This document shows, piece after piece, positions 51,920 through 64,000 of a stretch of DNA of 64,000 nucleotides (the first letter of the stretch is position 1; each line of letters begins with the position of its first letter). The notes under the pieces were generated by a model. It was not told the DNA's origin and searched no databases. It worked only from the letters and a program-made list of their open reading frames with translations. Where the stretch lies: assembly GCA_964304625.1 (NCBI GenBank), contig OZ199838.1:11619608-11683607 (forward strand), in the 5' to 3' direction. Source of the stretch: Kudoa neothunni. Its lineage: Eukaryota; Animalia; Cnidaria. The position numbers were made by a program, and so were the translations under genes.

Positions 51920-53276
51920 TTAAATCTATTGCTTACATACTCATTATTGTAAAATAGAAACTTAAAGGAGTTAAATTGTTGATAACTGTTTAAAAAAATA
52001 AGATATAAACTTCAAAATAAAGTTACGTCGATATTAAATAAGAAATCAAATTAAGATAGAATTACTGCGGGAGTTCGTTCCTTAGATCATAAATACATGA
52101 GCGGTATTTAATGTGGGTCTTTTTTATCCTAATAAATTGTTAGATTGTAGAGATGGAACATGTTAAAATTTTGAATAATTTGAAAAAATACTGGGATTAA
52201 TAGATTATTAGAAAAAATGAATATAATATGTCAAAATGTGAAGATGATTTCAACAAAAGCAAAAATGAGATGTTCATCAAAAGATAATTTCAAAATGGCT
52301 TCAATATTATCATAAGAGAGGGTGTATGAAAATCTAATTGCTACATTGCATTTACACATTTGGATGGAATGCATATTAAATAAATTATTTCCCATAATAA
52401 ATAATGATAGGCGATTATATTAGCTAAAAATTATTTTAGTAGAGGGTTACGAAGAGTTTAATTTGAAAAATTTATACCAATGCATTAAATTTAGACTCCA
52501 AAATTATCCAGTGTATAAAGTTTATCGGTTCCACATTTAAATCTAAAAAATCCCAAGTGTACTCGATAAGACGTGAAGCGATAGATCAGCTCGTTACACA
52601 TTCATTTCGCGAAAATTGTTTAACCATTTATCAATGTTTAAATATTAAAACTTAAGAAATAAAGCAAGAAGACTTTTACAGTAATGAGAGTTAAATTCAT
52701 TTTAAAAAACAATTTCTGGTTTCTCATTATCATTATCATACCGCAATTTGTATTACAATGAATCTGTGGCCAATTGATGAGAATCAACGGTTAACACAAT
52801 TTGCATAGTTCCTAGGGAAAACTCAATTAAGTTTACTTCCATAATAACGTGAAAAAGTGTCTAATAAAGATTATAGGCTAAAATATCAGTAAAAATAAAA
52901 ATATACTTCTCACTCTATACTCAATACTAATACTGTAATAATTGTTTTAAATAAAATGATTAAAAATATTGTATCTATTAAAATAATGAAGATATTATAG
53001 AAAATATTTGCGTTGGTTTTAATAAATGTTGGGAAAATTTTTTATTACTGAAGCAGCCGATAACAGATATACTAAAGGAATAGATACGTGTATTCTAAAA
53101 ATATCAGAAGGATATTGATAGCATAATAGTTTGGATTCTCTATTGAAACAAGGAATAAGAGATTTATAAAATTAACACCTTAAACAGACAAAATTTAAAA
53201 AAATAGTTGAATTAGAATGAGTTAAACTTTCAAAAACCAGTTCTACGTTATAAAGCTCTAACGATTAGAACAATGT

Positions 53277-54264
53277 TCAAAAAAGTCCATTTTTATGAGC
53301 CAAAAACCACATGAGAGCTGAGTTACAACCGGAAACCCTTGGCTGGTCGGATTCGGTGAGAAATCGTTTTATGTCATTGACTGGAAGATAAAATAACTCA
53401 ATATCCTCTCCTTCGGTTTCCAATCCACCTCCAACTCCTGTATGATCGTCGTCGGTCACTTCTGCATAAAATAGATGAGCTAGAATCGGAAAAATTAGGT
53501 CATAATGAAAAATTTTTGGTAAAGATGGCTACAAAATCTTGCACTAATATCGACCGAAGTGTGCACTTTCCACACTAATTTCAGAGTGGAGTTGTTTTGA
53601 ATTTTATAGCCGGATTCTTCGTACACCTCACGAACGGCAGTTTGAGCGGGTTCTTCGTTGCCATCGATAAGGCCGGCAATACACTCATAGGTAAAACCAC
53701 AACCACCGGAAGGGTATTGGTTAGGAATGTGGTTTTTAAGTTCATTTTTTGGATAGTTCTGATCGCAAATCAAAGATTTTAGTAGAGATCGGTTTCTTTG
53801 TAAATACACGCCTAAATAAAAAAAGATTAAAGTTAATTTGTAATAATCAGACCAAATTTACATGGTCTAAATTGCTTCACAAGCACCAAACTATCCCGAG
53901 TTGTGTTATACAGAAGAATGGAAACTCTAAATACAAATATCAAGTGAATAATACATTATTATTTGAATGAAGTTATAAATTACGAATCTCTCGAAAGAAT
54001 AAGATCCCATGAAAACGGCAAATTGTCCTATGTATAAAAAGCAGTCATACCAACATGGATTTCATATACCATATCCAAAATAAAAAATACCCGTTTAAAT
54101 TGAAATCGTTTCGAACGAATATACAAACTATTTTGACAATCTACAAAACTGCATTCGCTAATTTTATAATTTGATAGTTTTTTTTGATCTGAGAAGTTCG
54201 CCATAAGTGATATTCGGGTGATACTACTAAGATTAGATTGGATTAAAGGTAAAATGCGTAACAT
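53277..54264 (-). CDS. NUDT14: UDP-glucose pyrophosphatase (Nudix hydrolase 14), 5 exons
   Basis: Spliced product contains SWDLI...DSVSILLYNTTRDSLVLVKQFRP, the Nudix box ECIAGLIDGNEEPAQTAVREVYEESGY, and LFYAEVTD...GGGLETEGEDIE...WFL, all characteristic of NUDT14. Confidence 0.9.
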
Positions 54265-54333
54265 TTTAATAAAGTTGTTTAAATTGAGTTATAAGCACCA
54301 ACCTCTTATGTTCACTACCTAAAATCCATTTAC

Positions 54334-54430
54334 TGCTCATGCGCAAACTTAAATTATTATTTTCTCCAACAGACACAATTTTAATTGGGCATGGATATTT
54401 TTAATCTTAAATATTATTTACGCTTGCGCA
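54334..54430. promoter_or_regulatory. Two NRF1-like motifs upstream of NUDT14
   Basis: tgctcatgcgca (54334-54345) and acgcttgcgca (54420-54430), about 70 and 160 bp upstream of the ATG. Confidence 0.4.
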
Positions 54431-54677
54431 TTGTTCATTTTTAGTCACAGTAACTCTTATTTACAGTTGTTATATAAAGTTTATTTTTTAGACTCTGCTG
54501 TATTTAATTATTTTCGGCCCATCGTTACTGCTGTTGGGGCCAAAAAGGCTAATACCTACGATAGATCTAATTAATCCGGATTATTTATCGTTCTAGCGCG
54601 ACTTAATTTTAGGATTGAAATTAAGCACGGAAATAGTTGTTTCTGTATCAAAAGTTTAATGCGTTGAACTAAGCAAA

Positions 54678-57462
54678 ATGGATGCTTCATTTATCGATAT
54701 TCTAAAGTATGATAATGAATATTGTATTAAGTTATTCCGTCATTTTGGTCTGTTGAATTATGGACCTACATGCTCCGGTATTCATATGAAATTAACCCGT
54801 ATAGACTCGGTATCCTTTGTCTTTAAGTTACAAAGCTATAATTTTACAAGTACTCTCAAAATACGTTTATGAATTATATATTTTAGAATAAAAAAATATC
54901 TTTGTTTTAACATACCCTTTAACATGTTGCGTTAACGCAATATATAATCTACAGTGACCATAGGGATTAACGGATTAAATTTATTTATAATCGTATACAT
55001 ATTTTTTTCTGAAAAAAACACATATGAAAATAATAAAGTAATTGAGTATAAGGTATTAGTTATTGAAGTTTGTTAAAACAAATAGGGTGATACGACAAAC
55101 AAACACAATATTAGACTTGCAAATTTTGCATCTTGCTCTTTTTTCATCCGCACGTCGCTTAATAGTTTTATCGCCACATAAATTGTGTGTAAATTGGAAA
55201 GATACCGAGAACATGCGTTTTCTTGTTGTATCGAATTTGACAGTCAAAAGTTTTGACACGAGCGTTTTTCGAAACATAAGGGAATCCCCAGTATCAGGAT
55301 GGAGCAGTTTAAATATTTTTTGTAAATTGGAAACTGCCATGTTGATATAATTGCAAAATATATTCGAATACCACTTTTTTCCAGTTATTGAAATTCTGTA
55401 GATGACAATAGCTGAATCGAGTGAACCAACGCCACCCATATAACAATTATAACTGGCAACAACGTTTGGCATTGGAATCTATACGTCTCTTTTATTACCC
55501 TTAGAATACCTTCTGGCATTCATTATTGGTTCAGTTTGATCAGAATTTGCCCCTATAATAACTGGCCTGGTATCGTTCCATTTAACCAGCATCACTTTGT
55601 TGGCATTGTATGATTCAAAGAAACCACGATTTTCTTTGTTGAAAACGGTGTCGCATGTAAATGGACATTTCAGGGTCCTATTTTGTCGAACCGTTCCGGT
55701 GGCTTTTATGTTTAAAGAAGACAGGTAGTTTAAAAGTCCCACTGAGGCGAAGAAATTGTCGAAATAAAACTCGTAGAGTCTAGGATATTCGACCAATTTC
55801 ACAAAGTTTTTTACGACACTGCCACCTAGCCCTAATTTTTTATCTAAGTTTGTTCTTTTCCACAATAAATATCTGTGGAGAAGACATAGCCATTGTACGA
55901 ACAAAGACACCAACATTTAAAACCAAAATTGACTGGTTTACCTTCTATATACATTTTCGCGGAATGATGTCCAAAATAAGGTATCATTTGTTCGTCGATG
56001 GAAAGACATCTCCAAAAGTAACCGAATCGTTGAAAGGCTTGGTTCAAGATGTTTATATAATTCCTAACTTTTAACAAGCTATCATTTTTATATGCATCAT
56101 CAAAAAGTAAATTATTGTTGCATAAGTGAATATATTTTTTTATTTGTATGAATCTTTTGTTGGACGTACATTTCTTTACTGGTTTAACACCACAATCCAT
56201 ACCTTCTTCCCAATACATTCGTTGTCTTGGACGAGTGTTATAACCACTCAATACCAAAATTCCGATAAAATTCATCAATTCATCTTTTTCAATATCAAAA
56301 TCGTTATTTTGGCCGGCGTATGTGCCACTTTCTTTAATAATCAAATTTAAAACATTGGAGTCAAAGAACAATTAAAAAATCTCGCGTTCATCCATTGCAA
56401 CAATCGTGGGTTCAAATTCAACCAAGTAAAAGTCACAACCATCTAATAAAATACTTAAGATTATGTATAAAAACCTTTTCGTTTGTACCTTCCAGAGAAA
56501 TATCTGGATCCCTATTGGATACAGATCTGTTTGAGTAATCATTTAGCTCCCAACAGATTAATTCGTCTTTAAATATCGTCAAAATCTTTATCAATTACTT
56601 CCACTTGACATGATATTTCTTTGTTGAGTTGATTATCGATGAAAGTATTCGTGCCCTCGTCATTTGTACTTTCGTTATCAGTTACAACATCAACCCTTTC
56701 TGGAGGAATAATAACTATATCGATCAGATTTTCATCCAAATTTTCTTCGATCTCATTTATTACGTCGAGGTATAGATTATACCGCTTGTTCTCCATTTTA
56801 TGACAGAATTGCCGCCATTGATTATATGTTACGTGTGCGCAACAAAAATTGATCCTTATATTAAACTTTAAAGGAAACTTTTTAGATCACTTCTTTCATT
56901 TTTAGTACAATTATCATATCATGATCTAATTATTTTTAGATTATTGGCATCATTGAGTTTAACGCTGTGCAATAAATGTAAGAATATGAAAACCCTTAAG
57001 AGATGATCTTTTGTGCGTTTAATTATAGTCACATTTTAAATTGCATAAATTATTATTCTTCTATAAAATAAAAATTTATGAATTCTTCCAAGAATTAAAT
57101 CAGTTTTGTGTCATCGTACCCACTAACGTATGAGACAAATAACAACAAAGTTTCGTTGCGTTAACGCAACATATAGTCTATATGGGTTAATGAGAAGACA
57201 TCAGGTAATCGATGGATTCGTTAATTTTTGTCCAGAATGCAAAAGGCAAGAAACTGTCGGGAAAAACTCATTTTTTCAAAATAGTCATCTGAGACTTCAT
57301 ATAATATTAAAATTGATATTTTATTATTCCTATGATATTTCTTCACACAAGTTTATTGATAAAAATTTGGTTTCTGTTATTGTTCTCGACGTTATTACGC
57401 CATCGCTCTTTGATAAGAAAAGTTGTTCGTGGCGATCATGTTCCAATTTTGTTTCAATTTAA
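54678..57462 (+). pseudogene. Merlin/IS1016(ISXO2)-like transposase N-terminal fragment split by a piggyBac insertion (pieces 54678-54795 and 57191-57462)
   Basis: Removing the piggyBac and one TTAA gives the continuous frame ...FGLLNYGPTCSGIHMKL/MRRHQVIDGFVNFCPECKRQETVGKNSFFQNSHLRLHIILKLIFYY. This matches the Merlin Zn-ribbon pattern GLL...C...M.L...DG...C..C......SFF..S.L.L..IL.LI. No DDE core is seen. Confidence 0.7.
54796..57186 (-). mobile_element. Near-full-length piggyBac element (PGBD2/PGBD3-like transposase, frameshifted)
   Basis: TTAA|cccgtatagact and agtctatatggg|TTAA (11 of 12 match). Subterminal palindrome gttgcgttaacgcaa(c) at 54926 and 57155. Motifs SIDEQMIPYFG, YFDNFF, YNCYMGGVGSLD (D replaced by G), KKWY and C-terminal RCKIC. 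Confidence 0.95.
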
Positions 57463-58081
57463 GGCTTTCGAACATCCACGTAGGCGTGTTGGCAGCAAAT
57501 CAAAATAAACGTTGATTTAATCGTCGAATTTTTCAAAAATAAAATCAAAAGCAGCGATCCCTAATTATAACTCATATTCTTTATTCAAGTAATTTAAGAT
57601 GCCAACTCAATTTATTATCGATGTTTGTTGCTTGAAAATAAATTGAAAATTTATATATTCCAGAACGCCAGAAATACTAAATTTAGATAACGAAAATAAT
57701 TCAAAAAATTTTACATGGTTGTATTAATGCGCTCAATCTATTTATCCCAACAATCTTTCATCCATATTTCCAAAAAATTTACTCTTTACGTAATATTAAA
57801 TAAAATACATGATTATTGTATATATATATAATTAAAATTTTTTATTATAAAATCACATCCCAATTTAATTTCATATTATGTATTCACATGCATTCTTAAA
57901 TAATAATGATAAAATTAACACAACCTCTCAAAATAAAATGTTGAACAAATCGTTGCGTTTAGAATAATTTGGAATAACAAATAATATTAGTTGGAACTAT
58001 TAACTAGTTTTATAAATAAAATTTAGTGTCCATACTTCGCCTATAATTTTCCGACGCGCGCGCAGGCAAAGAATATTGGAC

Positions 58082-61000
58082 ATGGCTGACGGTGAGGTAA
58101 ACGAAAACGATGCTTCTCAAAAGAAACCATTAGCTCCACAAGGTGACTTTTATAAAATGAAACTATAAAATGATAACCTATATACGGAAATACATTGATT
58201 TCTGTTTAAATTACTATATCTTCGTTTAGGTATGTACATACCTCCAGCAAGGATGCAGATGTATCTTGAGCAAATGGAGACTGACAAAAAAACGTGATTT
58301 TAATTTGATTTACAGTTTTTTAATTGTACCACAATTAAGTGAAGAATACCAGAGAATGGCTTGGGAAACAATGAAGAAAAGTATATTTGGACTCATCAAT
58401 AAAGTAATTTATGCATCCTCTATATATTTTTGGCAGTTTATTTGTGTATAACGCCTTGATTAGCTATTTTATTACTTCAAAATTATTGTACTGTATCCCA
58501 AATAAAATCCGTGCATATTTTACTATTTATTTGATATTTTATGAATTACGTCAGTTAATTTTACTTTTTAATCCAAAATAAACATAATATTAATCTAATT
58601 TTCTAACTATTTTTTGATGTGTTACATCGTCAAATGAAATAAGACTAAATAATGAACCTTAACTCTTAATTTGAGTTAAATATTGATAGAGTTATTCCTG
58701 CTTTGAAATATCAGATAAAATACTTATAAACAGCCTCCAAGAGATTTTTGTACTTTTTTGTAAAATTTTATCCTTGGTGTTGAACTCTAAAAGTATGTTA
58801 TCATTATTCAAATTTTTATATCATATCTATGTTAGAAATAGTTATCTATAGATTTATCTAAAAGTTAAGTTTTATCTGTACCCTATAAATAAGAATTGGG
58901 GACGTAAATAATGCCGGAAGCGCAAGCGCCCATTGAATATAACATTTAATTTGATGGGCCAATAACAACCGTATTGTAATGACCAAGATAAATGAATTCG
59001 AGTTATCATAATAGTGATTGTATTTTCAACATAACTTGGGAAGTTGGAATTACAATTGTCACCATTATAAAAGAATGTTAAAATCGATCACCTCAATAAC
59101 AATAATGATAATGAATTATTTGTTGGATCTAATTTTACTCTGTGAATAGGTTAACATTGCCAATATTTCATTTGTCGCTCAAGAAATTTTCCAAGAAAAC
59201 CTGGTTAGAGGAAGGTATATTTTGCGTTGTTTCTGCATTTTCCAAATAAATCGATAAATCTGAAGGGGAATTCTTTGTTACTGTGTGATGCGAGCACAAG
59301 TGATGTCTCCTATGTACACCCATATATTTGCCGCGCTTATGGCTATTATAAATACAAAAGTAATTGAAATTTTTGTTGTATGAAGAAGTTAACATGTATA
59401 ATTTGTTTTAATGCAGTTTCCTCGAAATGGTGAACTTTTGCTACGAAGATTAGTCATTCAATTTAGAAGAGCTTTTAAACGAAACGAAAAGGCAATTTAT
59501 CTTTGAGCTAACACGTTTACATTTTTCCTTAGAATGTGTGCATTAATAGTTCAAAATTCATTGCTCATCTGGTCAATCAAAATGTGGTATGTTTATTCAC
59601 ACTTACTATGTGCTTATTGAAGCTTCGTCATTCAAATTTCAATATGCGATAAAATATTATAGGCACATGAAATTTTGGCGCTTGAAATTCTCACTCTCCT
59701 ACTTCAAAATCCTTCGAACGATAGTATTGAAGTTGCTGTAATTAGAGAATTAGAATGAAAATATGTTGTTTGAGTGATTTATAAAATAAAATGTAGGTGA
59801 GTTTTTTGAAGGAGGTGGGTGCAAAATTACAAATCGTATCTCCTAAAGGATCCAATGGTATTTTGAAACGTGTGAAAACCTGTCTAGTTAAATTTTTATC
59901 GTAGCTGTGTTTGAAAGGTTGAGAAACATATTACATGATGCGGATGTGGAATTTCGTGTTCAATACATGATTGAAGTTATTTTTGCGATAAGGAAGAATG
60001 GTTTTAAAGTAGAAACCCATTTATTATTGAATGTTATCATATTAAATATTATACTAATTAGGATTTTCCCGTTATTGTTCCCGAGCTTGACCTTATTCTT
60101 GAAGAAGATCAGATCACCCATCTCATTCGTTTGGACGATAATGGCAGCACTGATGATATTCTTAGTATTATTGCTATTTTAGGAATTATTTATGTTCCAA
60201 ATTGTTAGATATATTCAAGTATGATCCCAATTATGAACAAAATGAGGAGAAATATAGCGCGATTAAACGAGGTTTATTTTTTAAAAAGATTTGTGGAGTG
60301 AATCGGTTATTGTTGACCAAATTAAATCTAGAAATTCTCGAAGATTCTGGTGACGAAGAAGACCAAGATTTGGATACAATTTTCGATGAAGATAATAAAG
60401 ATAACGAATCAGAAGATGATGGTGAAATTTCGGATGATAATGAAGAACAAACTCAGACCAATTCCAACAATGGAATCATCGATAAGACCGAAACCGATAA
60501 CGTTGCGTTACGTCGTCTTGTTTACTTGGTTATCCAATCAAGTTTGGATTTTGAGGAGTGTGCTCACAAATTGGTCAAAGTTCAGTTGAAACCCAATCAA
60601 GAAGTGAGTTTAATTTGATAATATTTTACAGTGTGAATCGTCATTCCAGTTAATATTACCAAATTTTAAGCATTTTACGTAATTTTTAAAAGATAAAATT
60701 TTACTTTAACATATAAAATGCGTCAGCTTACAATTGATTCACTTACGCGCGCTCAACAGGAGATGAATTAGTATGTGGAAATTTATTTTTTTAAATAATG
60801 AATAATTTTTGTTGGACTCAACTTTAATGCGCAGTTCAAATACTATTAAATCTGTAACGTAATATCGAAAAGTTGTGGAAAATTTGCATGCATTTAATTT
60901 GCCGCCAAGGTCCAAATTAATTTTTAAAATTATTTTATAATCGAATTAATGCAGTAGAAACAGTCGATCCTGTATTTTAATAGCCCCTATTATGTTGTAT

Positions 61001-62570
61001 GACTGTTTATAATATAACGGCATCTACTTGTACAAAAGCTATTAAGATATTCAGAAATGTTTGTTTCGCTGATATGTATTGTGCTATTTAAATTCTATAT
61101 GAAATTATTGTACTGTGGTGCGTAATTTACCTAATTATGTATCTTATTATCATTTTTTAATGGTGACTATTTTCATGGTAAATTTTAATCCCAAATGACA
61201 TATATGCTTTCCCAATGGAAATTTTAAGCTTAGCGACCCCTACTGAGAAGCTCTATACAGATTCAATTTTTGTAATCTACCACATCTAATTATTTCTTGT
61301 CTTTCAATTTGCTCGTAAGGTACAGAGATAATAAGATAGAGTCAGAACTAATCACATGTGAATATTTTTTAACTTGCCAATAATCACTCCCCATTATATT
61401 TACAAGAAATATTTTGATTTTCGATTTAATTTGGGTAGTTATTGAAATTTAAAAGTAACAAATAAACAATGTTGATCTAGAAAAATGGGTGAAACTGGTT
61501 ATGCATGTGTTTTTATTGGGGTATTTTCTATCGTATTTTCGTTATGCCTACCTGCCTGTAAATTCATACAATATTCTAAAATTAAAATAATCTTATTGCC
61601 CGTGTAAGATTTGTGAAGCTTGTACTGCTGATATTAATAATAGGCGGATGCGTATAATTTTTTTACAAACATATATAAATGATGAACGCTATTTATTAAA
61701 TTTTTAATCTATAAATGTGTATAATTGTATTGTTTTATTTTGTTTTAGTATGAGTTTTGTGCTATGATTGTTGACTGTTGTATGCAACAAAGATCCTATG
61801 AGAAGTTTTATGGTTTACTCACTGAACGATTTTGCCTCCTAAAACCTGAATTTATGGAAAAATTCATGGATCTGTTCAAAGAACACTATCAAACTTGTCA
61901 CCGTCTTGACACCGTCAAATTGCGCAACGTTGCCAAGCTATTTTCTCACCTTCTCTACCACGATGCCATTCTTTGGACTGTGTTCGATGTGGTTAGTATT
62001 AACGAGGAAGACACCACTAGTTCGAATAGAATATTTTTGAAAATGCTGTTCCAGGAGTTGAATGAATTTATGGGCATCGACAAACTCAAACAACGTTTGC
62101 TTAGTGAGGAGACACTTGTGCCATATTTTCAAGGAATGTTTCCCAAGGACAACCCCAAAAACACCAGGTTTGCTATCAACTTTTTTACTGCTATAGGCTT
62201 AGGGCCGCTCACCGAAGAGTTGAGACAATTCCTGAAACAGACTCCAAAAAATAACGGACCCAACCTTACCACTACCTTAAGTGGACCAACTCCTTTGCAT
62301 CCTCTGTTAGTGGAAGCTGCAAAAGCCGCTCAAGCCTCAAGATTTGTTGATAAACAATCCTCTGATGATGATAGTTCTCCTTCGAATGGCGAGCGCCATC
62401 GCAAACGTGATTCTAGATCTTCTACTCGCCAAGAACCGAGCCAAAGATCGAGGCGCTCTCCGTCGGGTGGCAGCAGAAGAGAACAACGTCGTCGTCGACA
62501 GCGATCATACTCTTCCTCACCTGAAAACCACGAGAGAAGGTCGAAAAATGGTCGTAAATACGATAGATAG
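58082..62570 (+). CDS. CWC22: Pre-mRNA splicing factor CWC22 (MIF4G and MA3 domains, C-terminal RS-like tail), about 14 exons
   Basis: Motifs [86 protein letters not shown] and [19 protein letters not shown]. One GC-AG intron at 59492-59532. Confidence 0.96.
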
Positions 62571-63058
62571 ATTTAAATTTGTAATATTGAAATGCCTTAA
62601 AACTGTATGTAGCTTTTGTTGGAATGTTTACTTTTGTGGTTCGCGTGCTAGATGTTGCATTAACTTTTACAGAAAACTTTTTTTTATGGGTTCAAAATTA
62701 GTTTCATTATTCCGGATTCTTTTCTCGGGCGTCTACAGTCCTGCTAATGATGCCTCACTTAGTCAAAGTGGAGGTGAACGTATCGCATTAAAAGCAGCAG
62801 CTCCCCACTAAGAGTACACTAGATTTTGAGAACGATTAAAATAGATTAAATATTTAGTATTTCCTGCGTTTCATCTGTAATTCTATTATTGAGTGTAGCT
62901 GTCTTAATTTCTTAAATTCATGTCATTTTAAGTGAACTGAAGGAAATTCACACAATAGATTGAGGTCAATACTTGTATATAACCTAACATATTTTTATTT
63001 TAGGCTGATAGTTTGACTTTATTTTCATCAAAATTGATCCTCCATATTAACTTATTAA

Positions 63059-64000
63059 CCCTCTAATGTACTAAAAATCGACTGCATTCTGATAAATTTG
63101 GAGGTAAAAAATTACTCCTGGTTTTTATTTTTCCATTTGAAATATAAGTAATATTTGATTTCAAGAAATAAAAATAAACAAAATTCTAAAGCTAGATTCA
63201 GCCGTAAAACGACTAACGCCCCAAGAAGTAATCTCATAATCCTACGAAAACTGTATTCGTTAAAATCCACCTTGGCAGTTTTCGATTAAAGCTTTATGTT
63301 TGAGTAGATTTCTTGTTTATATCATGTAATAAATATTAAAGTTAATATTTGAGAAAAAATGGACTATATAATAATATTATTCGCAAACACCCACATAATG
63401 AATTTTGCAACAATGTTTCATACATCTGAAGTAAACAATAGTGGGTTTCTTATCAATTTTCCGTACAAAAAAATTTAGCCCTTGAAAGTATTGTTTACGA
63501 ATTTTGTTTTTTGGGCTGTAGAAGAATAAACAAGGTGAACTCTTAGGATTTTGGGCATTACGGATGTTTACTTTCATTACTGAAAAGATATAGTGACTTT
63601 GGCATAATCTTCAAAAATTTTCTCCTAACCATATTATCACCCAAGTTTTTGTTGTGTATGGAAAACGCATTTGTAATGAATAAATCCATTAAATAGAAAA
63701 ACACCACCATAGACCGCCTTTATTGATTAGAGATTTGTAGGAATTCTCAATTTTCAATCTCGTCTGATTCAGTCGAAATATCAGGTGTATAGCATTAATA
63801 ATAACTTTGAAAAGATTTTGAATCATCGTTATAACTACTATTGGCTAAATCTATTCCTATTACCGCAAAGATGAAAGTAAAATAGAAAGTCATGTTCGGT
63901 TTTTGTATAGGTATTAACCGTATAGCTTCGAATTTATTCATAAACATAAAATTCGATATATGTAATAAGTAATAATTTTTCCACCAATTAGAGAAAAAAA
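63059..64000 (-). mobile_element. piggyBac-derived remnant (3' end and Cys-rich tail; other end probably at or beyond the window edge)
   Basis: TTAA|ccctctaatgtac terminus. Minus-strand remnants SIKGGLWWCF (KKWW-like) and a degenerate Cys-rich domain (PCLFF...FRCMKHCCKIHY). Confidence 0.6.

Noticed and set aside
52050-52800. Possible second Merlin-like remnant (ICQNVKM...MRCSSK...ASI)
   Set aside because: The similarity is too weak and fragmentary to support without a search.
54516-58960. ggcccatc (54516) and gatgggcc (58953-58960) as paired Merlin termini
   Set aside because: Only 8 bp match, and the pair would enclose the first CWC22 exons. They are more likely unrelated ends.
1-64000. 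CRISPR arrays, rRNA, tRNA, prokaryotic operons or defence systems
   Set aside because: None were seen. The window is eukaryotic with spliceosomal introns, and its short repeats are (TA)n microsatellites and transposon termini.

Overview
This is eukaryotic (animal) genomic DNA: AT-rich, with very small introns (mostly 38-55 nt) and intergenic tracts full of decayed DNA transposons. Nine spliced genes could be reconstructed by hand, plus the 3' part of RPB2. They are two tandem carnosine/histidine N-methyltransferase (CARNMT1-like) paralogs, a Hox-class homeobox gene, GCLC, a divergent E2F, an ~870-aa type I membrane protein made of Cys-rich FN3-like repeats, PCNP, NUDT14 and CWC22. Transposon remnants include at least six piggyBac elements, two Tigger/pogo, hAT pieces, a Helitron-like element, and a Merlin fragment split by a piggyBac. 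The homeodomain does not appear in the ORF track because one extra A in an A8 run breaks its frame. Its sequence ([17 protein letters not shown]) resembles cnidarian posterior-type Hox genes (Hox9-14/Anthox1-like). With the tiny introns and divergent proteins, this suggests a reduced parasitic cnidarian such as a myxozoan; that assignment is inference and unverified. Most interesting: (1) the hidden Hox-like gene, (2) the Cys4-FN3 repeat membrane protein with a mucin-like segment inserted inside one domain, (3) a possible enzyme/pseudoenzyme CARNMT pair, (4) apparently length-constrained splicing and a recurring NRF1-like promoter motif. All gene models and family assignments were read manually; no database search was run.
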